A DNA stretch of 64,000 nt from Corallochytrium limacisporum Hawaii (GCA_002811645.1 PDIP01000009.1:68214-132213), one strand, 5' to 3'; positions 10,604 through 23,533 are shown, numbered from the stretch's first letter. The notes: generated by a model not told the origin, from the letters alone. Made by a program: numbers and translations.

Positions 10604-11470
10604 TTATTGTTCAGATGGGCCCATTCCAAATTGCGACATCATCGCATTCATGGCATTCTCCTCTCCTTCAAGGTCTGGATCCAGCTCCTTCGGCTCCTGT
10701 GGCTCCTCATGCTCGCCGTACTGCATAGCGTTGTCAATCTGTGCAAGCATATAGTCCATCCGAAACTCATCATCTACAGCGTACGGGATGAAGACCACCA
10801 AACTGTACTCATCGATCATTTGCGCGACGATGTCATTGAGACGGCGCCATTTCTCTGAATGATACTTATGTGCATCGTAGGCCAGAAGATCGGTGTCCAC
10901 ACTCAAATACCGGTCGAGATACCGACGACGGAATGCCTTGGGTAGTAGATCAACCTTTGTCAAAACGTTTACATGAGGCACCTTCAAGTGAAGCATGGCA
11001 CTCATTGCGGTCAAAGTGACGGCAAAGAACTTTGAGCTGTCACTCACAAACTGAGAGTCTACCATGTATACAGCACACATCCGGTACATTTGCCGCTCCA
11101 AAAAGGAAACAAAGTTACGAATGACGGGAATATGTGTGTAAAGTTCAATCTGTCCGGGCAAATCCACTATTAAATACTCTTCCTCGTAGCTTCCTAGGGC
11201 CTCTTCAAACCAGTCGAGGTTGTCCATTAGAAATTCCATGCAGTACACTAGAGCTCCATTAGGTCCGTATTTAAGTTCCTCAGCTACGTCGGCAGATGAT
11301 ATCAGGTCGCGTATGTCCAAACTAGGTTCGTACGGGAGATATTCTGCAGCGGGATCCAAGTTAACTACATGAACAGTGCGTTGAATCGACTCACAATGCC
11401 GTTGAATTGTGGCACAATAGGTAGACTTTCCGGCGCCAGCCGGTCCCATTACGAGCTGTGCATACTTCAT
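10604..11470 (-). CDS. GPN3: GPN-loop GTPase 3
   Basis: MKYAQLVMGPAGAGKSTYC P-loop, VNLDPAAE, YGPNGALVYCME (GPN loop), DLPGQIELYTH. Confidence 0.95.
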   Translation of the reverse strand: MKYAQLVMGPAGAGKSTYCATIQRHCESIQRTVHVVNLDPAAEYLPYEPSLDIRDLISSADVAEELKYGPNGALVYCMEFLMDNLDWFEEALGSYEEEYLIVDLPGQIELYTHIPVIRNFVSFLERQMYRMCAVYMVDSQFVSDSSKFFAVTLTAMSAMLHLKVPHVNVLTKVDLLPKAFRRRYLDRYLSVDTDLLAYDAHKYHSEKWRRLNDIVAQMIDEYSLVVFIPYAVDDEFRMDYMLAQIDNAMQYGEHEEPQEPKELDPDLEGEENAMNAMMSQFGMGPSEQ

Positions 11471-14400
11471 GCTTCACGTCGAATAGAGGCCAATTTCACT
11501 GTGCTGTGTATCACAGACTTTGGCAGTACGGGTGGTAGATCAGTACATTCTCTTCGTCTCACTCCTTTGAAAACACGTGTAACATATCGCATACAAGTCA
11601 ATGTGATGTTATGTCGCTACCAGAGTGTGGTGAGAAAATGGGCCTTAATACCTCGCCACGGAATCTCGACACTGCGCGTCCCGAAAGACCGACACCCGTG
11701 TGTTTCCAAAAAACCAGGGTGGTGGCCATATTTGTAAATATATTTTAAATCAAGAAATATATTATATGTTCCCGGATGATGAAATTGTGGAAATTCTGAC
11801 CGAAATGCTGTGCGACCCACTGCCATTGATAACTTGACTGTTGAGCTAAGTAAAGCTAACAAGAAATTACACACAAGGCAGCATTTCTTTGCGCTTCCTG
11901 CAAAGGGTTTGCAAAATTTCCCGTCCAGCAATGTTCTATGCGGAGCGCCTGACCACTCAACGATCGGTGCGTGAACGGAAAGCTATATTGAGGCGAAACG
12001 AATTTCAAAAGATAGTGTAGGGGTCCAGTGAATAAAAACGCAGAGTGCGAAAGAGAACTGTAATCTCTCTGTTGCTGTTTGTGCGACCTTATCTTTGCAA
12101 GTGTTTTGATGGGGCGAAGAATGAAGAAAGAGGAAGAAGATGAAAGATCTCGTCGGGACGAAAAACATGCGTCTGTCCAACTGACCTCACCAGGCACAAG
12201 CAACACCTAAAGTATGAAAGGGGAGAGGTTTCATGTCCCCGGGCTACTCTACAATGCCTGCCGCTGCTGTCCAGATGAGTGCCCACATGAGCACTGGCCA
12301 TGCAACATGGAAGACAACAGATCTACCAACAAGGAGTTGTAGAAGTCCTCATGTGGATGCCAGATGAGTTAGAGATGATCTCCCTCGCTGTCAAACCCCG
12401 CTGTCAACTCGACCTTACCGATCATATTTTAAGAGGTCAGGGTGAGTGCATGTGGCTGTGGATGTGTTTGTGCAGCAGGTAGTCGCAGTGCAGGGGGCAG
12501 GAACAAAATGCTCCATTTCTTCATCCTCGCCCTGGGAACCATCACCTCATTCTTCACTTCTCTGTCCGATACCAACACATGATCATGGTGATGGGAATGA
12601 GAAGAAGGCGAGGAACCCATATGCATGCCAGATGATTTGGATGGCGCGCTTGTGATGTCCGATGTGGCTGCGAAGGGTAGCATCTGGCACTCTCCGGGTA
12701 GTGTTGGGGTGTGCAACACTTTCAATGCTTCATGTTTGCAAGGGCATAACCACAGTCCCGTTAACGTTAGGATGCTTTCGACGATACTACCGGTAACGGA
12801 GATTCGGAGAAAGAAACAATGTGTGAGAGGTGATCTGTGGTGAATAATAATATGCGTGTGTTGGTTTGCGGGTGTGCGGGCTGGCTGATTGGGTTAACGC
12901 TTAGCTTACTCGTCCGATGCCTGCCACCACTGCGTATACCTCTGAACGTGTGTATGACATGCCCTCGAATACGGGGATACAACTCTAATGAAAGGCATGC
13001 CGCACCTATCTTGGCTGGCAAGTCATGAATATGAAAAAAATGAGGAGTGTGGGCTGGTAATGAATATGGCAAAAATAAGGAGCGGTCAGCTGTTGGTTTC
13101 AAGTTTTTGATACTCGTGCTGTTGGGAGAGTAGAGGCGTATCCCCAGCTGTTCCAATACTGGGGATTTTAAGGCTTTGCGGTGTACCGGTCATCCGCATT
13201 AACCAATATGAACTGCTCATGTATTATTGAACGCCTGACCCGTTCAAGAAAATCGTTGCACAGCATAGGCAGTAACCCCCCTCACCCCAATACTCCCCCC
13301 CGTGGATCATTACACATTAGTGAGCGGGCCGGCCAAACAAACCCCGAAGTTTGATAGGTAAGTTTTATTCCTAAGGGCTTTGTACGGACAACATGTCTTA
13401 GGTGAGGAACATCAGAAGAAACCACTATGTGCATGCCCCATGCTCGTTTTGTTGCGGCCGCCACCGCTCTGTCGTTTCTCCAAAGTGGAGTAAGTGTATT
13501 CTGACGTAAACGGGGTTCAAAGTCCGCGATGATTCCTCAAGCGTGCTGTTGAGATTAGGGGGGCCGAGGGAAATGGGCAAAGCTACCTCGCAGTGAAACG
13601 CACTGTCTCCCATGTTGTGACCACATTCTATGGAACGAATACCATACCTTCAGGCTTATCCAACTCATCAGTATGCCCATTCTGCGCGTGCCGTTTGTCC
13701 TCTCCATCGCACAGAGCTGGCGGTCATAAATGGCAATAAAAAATGACGGAAAGCGCTTCAAAATGAAGGGCAATGTAATTCCGAATTGGATAGTCAGTTC
13801 ATTTTATATTGATTTCATTATCCATGAAAGATCTTCATGTTCAATTCTCCATGTATAAAAGATCTGCGTAGAGTCGCTGATCATGAACACCTTAAAGCCA
13901 TTTGCACAGGAATATTTACCCACTTGTTAGAAACTATGATGAGCTCACTGCCCAAGGAGTGAACGCAAAAGACAAACAAGGTATTGACAAATCAACCACA
14001 CCCATTTGTCAATCATAAAGCCGAAAAGCGAGATTATAGGAGGCCAGCGCTCCAAACTAGCCATGAAGAAGTAAGTTGGGCGGAGAGCGAACAACACATA
14101 GACGTTGGGTTCCCAAAAGCAGTGCACTGGTGCCATTCAAGCAACCTTCACACAAAAGCACGAGCCACCATCAGCTGTCCCTTCCAATATTTTCCGACGC
14201 ATGCACAGTGGGCTATAGCCGTCGCTTATTGGATATGTATTGTATATGTAACCTCGCTCGGACGCAGTCACGCATACACAGTCAATTTCCTTGTTTGCTC
14301 TGTTGAACTATGTTACATGAAGTCATCATCGGCCGCCACAAACCAAGGGTGTGTGAAGCATCGCACAGAGTGGCTCCCTCGCAACTCCGACTTTTGTCTC

Positions 14401-17400
14401 ACAACCAACATCAAACACGGTCATCACGCAGGTCGTACGTTGAAGTAGGACTTTGCTAGCCGTACTATGGTGTAGTGGTGCCTTATGTGTGAGAAAAGAG
14501 ACATGAATCGGTGGGTGGGGGCACGGTGAGCACACTGAAAACGAAAGACGTTCATGTGTGTAAATGAGGCGGTCAATAAATTTCCCTCCGTCAATGGATC
14601 CAGAGTCAGCACAGTACACAAACCTTACGGAATTGTCCCTGCTTGTACCGCCTTCATCCGAACGCTCCGGGCTGTGTGACGACAGAGATAGCAAACGTGA
14701 TGAGAGAGAGCCACGAGTAGGTCTTGGTACGTATGCAATCGTAAGTGCCGCCGGGCGTTTACTAAAGAGAGGGCGACAGGCTGCCTGCATAAGAATGGGA
14801 TTGAAACAAACTAGTACCATTCCTTGGTTAAAGGGAATCATCGACGTTATCGTCATCGTCAGCAGGTGGTAAGGCGCGGCCTCATAATGCAAATCGTGAT
14901 ACGTGGCGGGTATGGACAGTTTGTGCGTTCCAGGTGAGGGACCGATAGCCGACTAAAAAGGACAAAACGGGCAACAAATATGAAAAAGTTGGCTTGGTGG
15001 AGCTGGTTCTGTAGGTGTGTGTGCGTTGCTTTCAAGAAAGTAACCATTGTTGGCCCTTTCCCCGTCTGCTTCTTGTTACTTTGTTCTAGTTGATGGATGA
15101 TGACGATGCGGTAGTCATGGACATGTACATCGATGACATATGTATTTCAAGCGCGACACAGGAACAATAGGAATGCACCATCTGATGCATGTTGATGTCC
15201 GAGTTGGTGGATGTGTCAGGCTGTGGCGCGGTTTAGTAGAATCTTCGAGCGCGCGCTTCCTTTTCCACAATCAAAAAACCGGATGTATTCATCTTCCTCT
15301 GTGTACCTTATTAACATCTGCTGGTGCGCTGCCCACAAACGCTACACCACGGCCCATGGCCGCTCAGACAAGAGTTTGGCTGACAAATACGGCAGGTCCC
15401 CGTCATGTTTCTTCCCGCCCAAGCCCTAACCCAATTGATGATGAAAGTCATAAACGAGTTGCATAAGGTTGTATGTTTTTAATGCTCGGCCATCATATAT
15501 TACGTGTGGGTGGGTGGCCGCAGGGACGAGCAGGGTCAGTCCCGATATACGGATCCCGTGTGCGTGTGCGGAGGTATCAGCTGGTCCATCCACCCGACGG
15601 ATATTCCAAATGTTGATGCACACACGCGTGCACACGAAATACGGGAGTTCGGCTGCATCCAAGCAGCAACAAAAACAGCAGGTAGCATGTGGTGTCTGGA
15701 GCATGTGCCTGTGCCCAGAATAGTAGCTTTCACCACTGACATACAGCGCATGGATGTAAGAGCGCAATGTGGCTATGATACAGCTCTTGCTCGTCCAGCT
15801 CTTGTGAGGCCGATGAGTATAAATTTCAAACGCTGAAGAATTGAAAGGCAAGGGGAAAAGAAATTTTGGACAGACAATGTTGGACACACACGTTCCTGCT
15901 CTGCAAGTTTTTGCACTCAGCCGAGCTGCCAAGATGGAAAAGACCTAACTTTGGACCTCTTCGATACACTATCTCGAGCACCGCAGCAAAACCTGGGATT
16001 GCCACCTGAATTCAAACGGCGACACTGTCACCATGTCGGGAACCCATGGGAATATCGGCCCTCTTCTGACATGCCATGGCGATGACAGACTTGGGTCATA
16101 TAGTTTTTAAGCAGGAGTAGGGGTGAAACGCCGAAATGAAAAACATGTAGTAGCGAAGGCAATCACTGCGATTTTGCATTATAGAATACGACGACGAACC
16201 CTTAGTAGCACTGCGTGCACTTGTCTGTTCACCTGCTGCGTCTCAACCACGCGACGTCTTCTCAGTTGGGACACCTTTCCTTTGCTGCGCGCTCAAACTT
16301 TGCCGCCGTGCTGCGGACCCTATTCGACTCTGTCTCCGTTCCGTTTCGTTGAACGTACTGCTCCCTTGCATTCGTAGAGATGGACCACGGGGCAAGTGGA
16401 CGCCTCGCAAAAGTTTCGGGATGGCCGCTCTCTGGTGCTTTGTGCATTAGCAATTGCCGCAGTATGGGCCAAATCGACCAATCCCTTCTTGCCCTCTTTA
16501 TTTCTCAGAAAAGATTATGAAAATTTTCTCCCTCCTCGTTCCCCTCTCCCTTTCCTCCCACCTCCGACTTCGGCTTTTTTCAAATCGTTCCCTTTTCTAC
16601 TTCCTCCGTAAAATTCTGTGTTCCTTAGCACCTTTCTTCTTTTGTTTGGAGGTTGTTTTTGTGAGACTTTAATGTGTTGTGGACAGTATGCACTGAGGTT
16701 TTGGAAAGACGCAATAAATTAGTATCTACAGAATTTCTTCAGGAAAAAAATTACCACTTCAACCATGGGAAGGGAAAATGCTCACATCTGCTCCCCCCCC
16801 CCTTTGTTCCCGTGCGTCTACGAGAGAGTGGCTAGAACTACGCCTACTGTTTGCCTCTCTTCCCCGTACATTGTGACTTTTATGGTGTACGCAATTGATA
16901 TCAATTCGTCTCAATTCGTGTTTGCTCATTGTTTCTCGTTTCGAATGAAAGTTGATATAGACTACTACCATCAAAACAAGGACAAAAGATTATTTTGCAA
17001 TTTGCTGATATGAAAAAGAACAATACAGAATGTAACTTCTTTGTTTTCATGAGTCGTTGCTTGGGCCCTTGTATGTAGAGGTTGCGAACGCATTCCAATA
17101 TTGGCTTTGATTGTTCCCATCGCACGGACCGTCGTGCTTCAGGATGAGCGGACGGTTTGGAATGAATTGACGTGTTTCGTGTGTATTTTGAACAACGTGA
17201 CTGATCACAAATATCGACTGATGATCGAGGATGTCAATACAAAACTGCGGGTTGGGTCGTCGATGCGCAACCACGACCAAGGATTGAAATTCCTCAAAAT
17301 CAATGTATATCCAACCGCTCAGTTGGGACCCGTGTGCAGCCTCGTATCGGTGTGTATTATGCACGCCGTGACCAGCAACGGGGAGAAAGCGTTCAGCGCA

Positions 17401-17915
17401 TCAAACGTCATAGTTTCTTGGTCAACGTCGCTAACTTTACTCCGATTCTCCTGCCCCTCCCTTCTTTTCCCCTCCCCCCCCCCCCCCGGGGCATCCCACA
17501 CGGGAGAGTGAGGGGACAATTACCCGGTGTCGTCGACAGGCGCCGCACACCGACAGTATAATATGTACCGCGGTGAGCTTTACCTGCAAGGCTTGCCAGG
17601 GAAGGGGAGGGTTACGGAATGGGGTGATGATCACCTCACCTTCCGCCCTCGTCGGTGGCCGGCCAAAAAAGTAAAACATTCCCATTTCATGGCCCAGGCC
17701 CCTTCGCTCCGCCCGAAGGACAACGAAGGAGGATCTCTGGCGACGGAAAAGATACGCACCAACAGAACACTTAAGACACAAACACAAAGACGGTGCCTCA
17801 ATTGCAATAGATACGGCGGTCCGAGGTGTCACATGTTGAAATAGTTGCTAGTATACTTTACAAACATAAAACCATGAACATAAAAGAAAATGGGCTCATC
17901 TGTTGGTGCCCCGTT

Positions 17916-20105
17916 TCAGACCACGTTCTCCGCGGAGAGCGCAAATTCATAGTGTTGCCGGCCAAGGAAAAACTCATCGCCGTGTGCGAGTTGGATCATA
18001 TCCAAGCCCTCTGACTCTTGCTCACGGCTGCGAAGCAGGCCCCCGGTGTAATCGATGACAATGTATTTGCCGACGTCCTCGTCCCACAGCACCAGTGCAT
18101 GCTCATCGTCGGTGGAGCCCTCCATGTCGATGCGAATCTGTTCTCCGTGGCTGAGATGAGTCTCCCTTTCGGTGGCAAGTTCAATGATGCGGTCCTTCAT
18201 TGGGTCACCAGCTACAATCTTCCAGCCCTGTGGATATATCTTCACTACTGGTGTCTCGTCCATGGGCTTGAGATCGGCAAGTTTCCCTTCGTCGACAACG
18301 TCTACGTTGTTGTCCTGTACCTCAATGGCATCTTCAGCATCAGGGGCGTCGTCTTGCGGCTCGGTCGCCGCCACAGACACCGCTGTCTCTGTGATGTCCT
18401 CGCCTTTGACTAACTCGGTTACCACTTCCAAAATGTTGGTGGGATTGCGCCTCTGTTGCAATGCCTCCAGCGCCAACTGCTGTAAAGATGCCTCGTCCAA
18501 CATTGCCACTTCTTCCTCAGTGGGCTCATCATCATTGTCGACCAGCTGGTCAACGCTCACCCCGGCGTCCTCTCCTCTGGCGGCATCCTCTCGCACTGCA
18601 ATGATGTTCTTGCGAATCTCTCGATGCAGACCATCCAAACCACTTAGCCAGGCAATTATCTCTTCAGGGGTGGCCTTGGCGGCGGCCTCACGAGCCTGTG
18701 CTTCAGATGAAGCTTTGTTCAAAAACTGTCGCTTGACCTCCAGACGCGTGTCAGGCAAGCGCGTCTGCTCCCTTGCCATCTCTGCCACCTTCACACTGAG
18801 TGCCCGACCCTGCGCATCATTGCGGCCTGATGGTTCGTAGTGCTCAGCATGATACGGACAGACCCAATTCGGCCCCTGGGGGACAGACAAGGGAGGGTCT
18901 AGACAATCCATGTGGAAATACAATCCACACTTACCGCAAAAGATCAAGTGCCGCTGGAAGTTAGCTGCCAGGCCACAGATCTGGCATTCCTTGGATCGCT
19001 TACCGTCCCTCCGCAGAGTACCGATGATTGCTGCAGTCGCAACATCCTCCAGTTCTTCCTCTGGGAACCAGTTCCATACGCCTGAAGGGGTCTTGTTCGT
19101 GCGAGCATCCAAGAGATCCTCCAGACCGATCCACATGCTTCGAGTCAGCTCGAATCCCGATGCGTTGTGCTCCACCACATCTGTGATCAGAGCCTGCCAT
19201 GGCTTCGACACGGTCTCAACTTGAGGCTGTGGTCCCTTGCCTTCCTTCACAAGGCATTCAGTGCATTGCCAATCATCCGGAATGTCTTGCTCGGGAACAT
19301 AGGGAGAAATGCAAATAAAGTGGAAGCTGAGGGTGCATGTCGCACAGCAGAGCAGCTTACCCTCTTCACCGCAGGTTTCACAGTGGTCCTGATTTCGCCT
19401 AGTATTCATGACATCGACCATGGACACAAAATCGACCTTTTCTTTCTTCATGGTCGGTGTCTGTATGTTGGGTCGACGCTTTGGTGCGTTTTCAAAGGCA
19501 AACTTTCCCCTAACTGCATTACGCATCTTCCGCCTCTCCTTTGCGCGACGTTTGGCTAGTTCGGCATCGGGTCCTCTTTCCTTGTCTTCAATCGACTGTA
19601 CAGATTTGGTACCCTTTGCGCCCGACTTTGACTTGGTAGATTTACTCTCGTTTGCATTCATCGGGGTCCCCGGTCCACTACTACTATTTCCCGCAGGATC
19701 TCCAGAGTCCACTGCCGCTGCAGCTTTCCGCGACGACCGTCGGGTCTGCCGCGTTGTTATGGGCGAAGGCTCCGGAGATGAGTCTTCTTCTTCCTCGTCC
19801 TTGGACTCTTCAACTTCTTCTTCTGCAACGGTAACCCGTTTCGAAATCTTCTCCGCATGCCCATTACTATTTTCGGCATGTTGGTCTTCAAGTTTTCGTT
19901 TCTTTCCGGATCGTGTTGCTATGGGTTCCTTGTCTTTCGCGTCTGCTTCTACTACTTTTAAATGTCCTCCATTCCGTGCTTCAGTGGTCGCATCTGTATC
20001 ATCAGGGCGCAGTTCGCTCTTCGCAAGGTCCGCGGCCTCAGATGCTGGAGCACCAGACGGCTTGGCCGATTTCTGATCCATCACGATCGGCACTGCTACA
20101 ACCAT
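17916..20105 (-). CDS. PHF12: PHF12/Rco1-like double-PHD-finger chromatin protein with a C-terminal FHA-like domain (Sin3/Rpd3S-type subunit)
   Basis: PHD1 CETCGEEGKLLCCATCTLSFHFICISP..WQCTEC; PHD2 CQICG..LIFCGKCGLYFHMDCLDPPL..WVCPYH (WxCPxH ending typical of PHF12/Rco1); C-terminal EHALVLWDED..YIVID..LAHGDEFFLG resembles FHA beta-strands. Confidence 0.8.
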   Translation of the reverse strand: MVVAVPIVMDQKSAKPSGAPASEAADLAKSELRPDDTDATTEARNGGHLKVVEADAKDKEPIATRSGKKRKLEDQHAENSNGHAEKISKRVTVAEEEVEESKDEEEEDSSPEPSPITTRQTRRSSRKAAAAVDSGDPAGNSSSGPGTPMNANESKSTKSKSGAKGTKSVQSIEDKERGPDAELAKRRAKERRKMRNAVRGKFAFENAPKRRPNIQTPTMKKEKVDFVSMVDVMNTRRNQDHCETCGEEGKLLCCATCTLSFHFICISPYVPEQDIPDDWQCTECLVKEGKGPQPQVETVSKPWQALITDVVEHNASGFELTRSMWIGLEDLLDARTNKTPSGVWNWFPEEELEDVATAAIIGTLRRDGKRSKECQICGLAANFQRHLIFCGKCGLYFHMDCLDPPLSVPQGPNWVCPYHAEHYEPSGRNDAQGRALSVKVAEMAREQTRLPDTRLEVKRQFLNKASSEAQAREAAAKATPEEIIAWLSGLDGLHREIRKNIIAVREDAARGEDAGVSVDQLVDNDDEPTEEEVAMLDEASLQQLALEALQQRRNPTNILEVVTELVKGEDITETAVSVAATEPQDDAPDAEDAIEVQDNNVDVVDEGKLADLKPMDETPVVKIYPQGWKIVAGDPMKDRIIELATERETHLSHGEQIRIDMEGSTDDEHALVLWDEDVGKYIVIDYTGGLLRSREQESEGLDMIQLAHGDEFFLGRQHYEFALSAENVV

Positions 20106-20956
20106 GTGACCTCTACACGTTTTCTGGCATTGTCCTCAATAAGGTGCGTCTCAGATGTGTTTGGAGAGCATGTGGTGTATATACCTATCTACGTACAGTG
20201 TACCCCCTTGCACTCTGTTTGTGGTTTTGCAACCTGTGTTTTCTGTTTTGTATTTTTCGCGCATATATTCTCACAGAGCGTAATGCTCTCATAGCAATGA
20301 TCATCATCGTCAAATCAAATCAAGTACCACACCGTACAACTCCAGTGTCTCAAGTCCCTCATCGGAAACCTTTGCTCTCCACTACAGCGGTCGAGGTCAT
20401 AGCCAGGACATGCGCCGCAGTCGGCAGGCTGTGCAGCCCCCAAGATAAGCGCTTTCTGGTCCCCCCGCCCCGGGGGGGGTTCCAAGGGGCTTGTGTCGGG
20501 ACCACCTCCCCCCTCCCGCCACCACTGTCAGAGGTATAGTCCCTTCCGTCTTCCCCCCCCATCCCTCCTTTTTAACCGGCGCGTGCAACTCCCACAAACG
20601 GTTCTGACGGGAAAAGAAAAAGTGGAGGGATGTGTGCAGTTCACTGAACACAGGGGACCCGGAGAGAAGGGAAGGGATCCTCAACCATCGCACCAAATTC
20701 CCCCCCGGTGGAGGTCACGCGGTGTTCAGGGTGTGAGGGTACACAGGAAGAACTGAGGTGGGTTAGAGCACAAATTTCTCGCGTCAGTTCATGACAATGG
20801 TGCTGCCCGGCACTGTAAGTGGATTGTGGACACGTAAGTGGTGAATTGTGCTGGTATGTGAAGTTTAGAAGATCTTTGTGGAATAACGAACAGTGGTTTC
20901 ATTCCAAGAACTCACTGCGGAATTGCAAGAGATCATGGTCAGTGAATGCAGGAACC

Positions 20957-23533
20957 ATGCTCGGAATGATACGGTTGGCTAGAAGCCAGGCCCGGATGGG
21001 GTTAAGGTGGCACGCTGCAGTGGGCATTGTCGGCCGCAGGACCTTGACGCATCTGGGTGAGTCCGTGTCGGCTAAGGTTACCGATGACTCCAAGACGCCA
21101 CTGGTACTGAGCACCGGTCGGGTGGCGTCGGTGGCAGATGGCTCCGTTGTGGCGAACCATGGCGGGCACACCTTGCTAGCCAACGCTGTTGGTGCATCGG
21201 GTTCTGCAGACGGATACGCAGAGTTCAGCGTGAACTACAGAGAATATGCCTCTGCCGTGGGGGCAGTTCCCGGTCGTCGAGATCGGCGTGATGGAGGTGA
21301 ACGCGACCATGAGATCCTGGTATCCCGTCTGATCGACCGATCATTACGGCCCATGTTTCCTAATGCCTACAACCGCGCCACACAAATTACAGTTTCTTTG
21401 CTCGAATTCGATAGGAAGTCACTTCCGGACGTAGATGCGGTCAATTCGGCAAGCGCTGCTATTCACATCAGCGACATACCCTGGGCTGGTCCCGTGGGAA
21501 GTGTCCGAGTCGCAAGGGTGATGGATGAATGGGTTGTGAACCCAGACAAGCAGGAAATGGATATTGCAGACTTTAACTTGGTCTATGCGGGCAATCGCGA
21601 GGGTGCTTTAATGCTGGAGATGGATAGTGAGGGTGTGAGGCCGGAGGACTTCAAGGAAGCAATTCGTCGGGCGCATGAATCGATTCAGCCAATTTTGCAG
21701 GCACAGGACGATCTCCGGGTGAAGAAGGGCGTCGAGAAGCTCGGTTTTGACCCCACTCAAGCAGATCAGATCATCGTGGCCAAGACTAAATCTACAGAAG
21801 CCCTCGCGGAGGTCTCTGATCCAGCTGACGGCAAAGAGATTACGAGAGAAGGCATGATGAAGATTTTGAAAGAGAAGTACAATGAGCGCTATGACGAGAT
21901 TCTGTCCCAAGGGGATTTGTCGAAACGGGCCCGGACCAAATTGTTCAACGATTTAGGAAACGAGATTATTGAAGATTTGCAAGCAAGTGGAGATTACGAC
22001 TACCTCAAGACGGGTGAGATCAACAACCTGCTCGGAGAGCTGAGCCTGCAAAGAATCAGATACCAGGTACTCCATAACAATCAGCGGGCCGATGGCCGTG
22101 GCATGGACGATATTCGAAAATTGAAGATGGACGTCGATGTTCTACCAACCTTGCAGGGATCTGCTCTATTTGACCGTGGTGAAACCCAGGTGCTCTGTGT
22201 TGCCACAGTGGACATTGCGGATTCTGCGAAACGCGACCTTGACCTTGCTGGTGAGTTCCAGAGGCCCCAGAACTTTATGGTACACTACAGCTTTCCACCT
22301 TTCAGTGTCAATGAGACAGGTAATCTCTTCCGCAAAGCTCGTAGAGACGTTGGACACGGACGTCTGGCGGAGAAGGCATTGGAGGCAGTCTTCCCTGAAG
22401 ATTTTGCCCATACTGTTCGGCTCACATCGCAGGTCATGTCTTCCGACGGATCTAGCTCCATGGCGACAGTGTGTGGCGGCACACTTGCTCTTCTGGACGC
22501 AGGTATTCGGATTCGTGAGCCTGTTGCTGGCGTAACTTGCGGCTTGATCACTGAACTGGACAACGCTGAAGACCCTTTCTCAAAGTATGTGCTCCCTTTG
22601 GATATTAGAGGCCTGGAGGATGCCTGTGGAGACATGGACTTCAAGTTGTGCGGCACTCCGACTGGCCTTACCGCCTGTCAGATGGACATTAAATTGAAGC
22701 ACTTGCCTCTGAAGGTTCTCGACGAGGCAATTGATCGGGCCAGTAATGCACGCCACATCCTTCTGAATGCCATGAAAGAGTGCATTAGTGGACCACGCAA
22801 GGATCGCAACCCAGAGACCATTGTGCAGACAGTCATGATTCCCATCAAGTCAGTGGACGGTACCAAGCGCCTAATTGGACGCCGGGGCTCCACCATTCGA
22901 TCCTTGCAGGAGAAGTTCGGAGTTGATATTGACATCACCGATGATAACCAGGTTAGAATCGACGGCAAGGACGCTGCTGCCGTAGCTGAAGCCCAAACCG
23001 AAGTTGAAGCGCTTGTGACCTCACTGTTCGAGCTGCATGCTGAGTTGCGCGCAAAGGTCAAGCAGTCACACATGCAGGGTCTCATGCTTCAGTTCGAGAA
23101 TGGTCAACAAGCTTTGCTCCCGCGGAATCGAATGTCTCGTGTCGGTGGTGCACCTAAGCCAGGAGACATAGTTGACGTTCGAGTTATCTCGTTTGATGAT
23201 TTCGGGCGCCCTGTGCTCGCTCAAATGGGGGATGACGAAATGGAAGAGGCGGAGACCTTTGGAAAGGGCCTTGAGTTCAGCTTCTTTGGAGACAAGCAAG
23301 CCAGTAGTAGCGGTGAGGACAAGAGCGACGATCTGTTCAGCGAAAAAGACCTGGACGATCCGGAAGAGAAGAAGTCAGCGACCACAGAGAGCAAGCCTGT
23401 CCCAAAGCGGACCATGATTCCAGATGTGAAACGAGAACAGGAAGCTCCCCGGGAGTACGTGTCATCGAATAAGCAAAAACTCAGCAAGCATGGTGGTCTA
23501 CGACGCAATCGTAAGCTTTTAAAAAGTGTATAA
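20957..23533 (+). CDS. PNPT1: Polyribonucleotide nucleotidyltransferase (PNPase), probably mitochondrial
   Basis: Two RNase PH domains (SRLIDRSLRP; RRDVGHGRLAEKAL; SDGSSSMATVCGG; EDACGDMDFK), KH (LIGRRGSTIR) and S1 domains. The first ATG (20957) begins an Arg-rich, acid-free transit-peptide-like segment MLGMIRLARSQARMGLRWHAAVGIVGRRTL. Confidence 0.95.
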   Translation: MLGMIRLARSQARMGLRWHAAVGIVGRRTLTHLGESVSAKVTDDSKTPLVLSTGRVASVADGSVVANHGGHTLLANAVGASGSADGYAEFSVNYREYASAVGAVPGRRDRRDGGERDHEILVSRLIDRSLRPMFPNAYNRATQITVSLLEFDRKSLPDVDAVNSASAAIHISDIPWAGPVGSVRVARVMDEWVVNPDKQEMDIADFNLVYAGNREGALMLEMDSEGVRPEDFKEAIRRAHESIQPILQAQDDLRVKKGVEKLGFDPTQADQIIVAKTKSTEALAEVSDPADGKEITREGMMKILKEKYNERYDEILSQGDLSKRARTKLFNDLGNEIIEDLQASGDYDYLKTGEINNLLGELSLQRIRYQVLHNNQRADGRGMDDIRKLKMDVDVLPTLQGSALFDRGETQVLCVATVDIADSAKRDLDLAGEFQRPQNFMVHYSFPPFSVNETGNLFRKARRDVGHGRLAEKALEAVFPEDFAHTVRLTSQVMSSDGSSSMATVCGGTLALLDAGIRIREPVAGVTCGLITELDNAEDPFSKYVLPLDIRGLEDACGDMDFKLCGTPTGLTACQMDIKLKHLPLKVLDEAIDRASNARHILLNAMKECISGPRKDRNPETIVQTVMIPIKSVDGTKRLIGRRGSTIRSLQEKFGVDIDITDDNQVRIDGKDAAAVAEAQTEVEALVTSLFELHAELRAKVKQSHMQGLMLQFENGQQALLPRNRMSRVGGAPKPGDIVDVRVISFDDFGRPVLAQMGDDEMEEAETFGKGLEFSFFGDKQASSSGEDKSDDLFSEKDLDDPEEKKSATTESKPVPKRTMIPDVKREQEAPREYVSSNKQKLSKHGGLRRNRKLLKSV

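Noticed and set aside
15424-15432. CCCTAACCC as a possible telomerase RNA template
   Set aside because: A 9-mer with several acceptable permutations is expected by chance in this much DNA, and no convincing pseudoknot was seen. No TTAGGG-type template was found in the hairpin array either.
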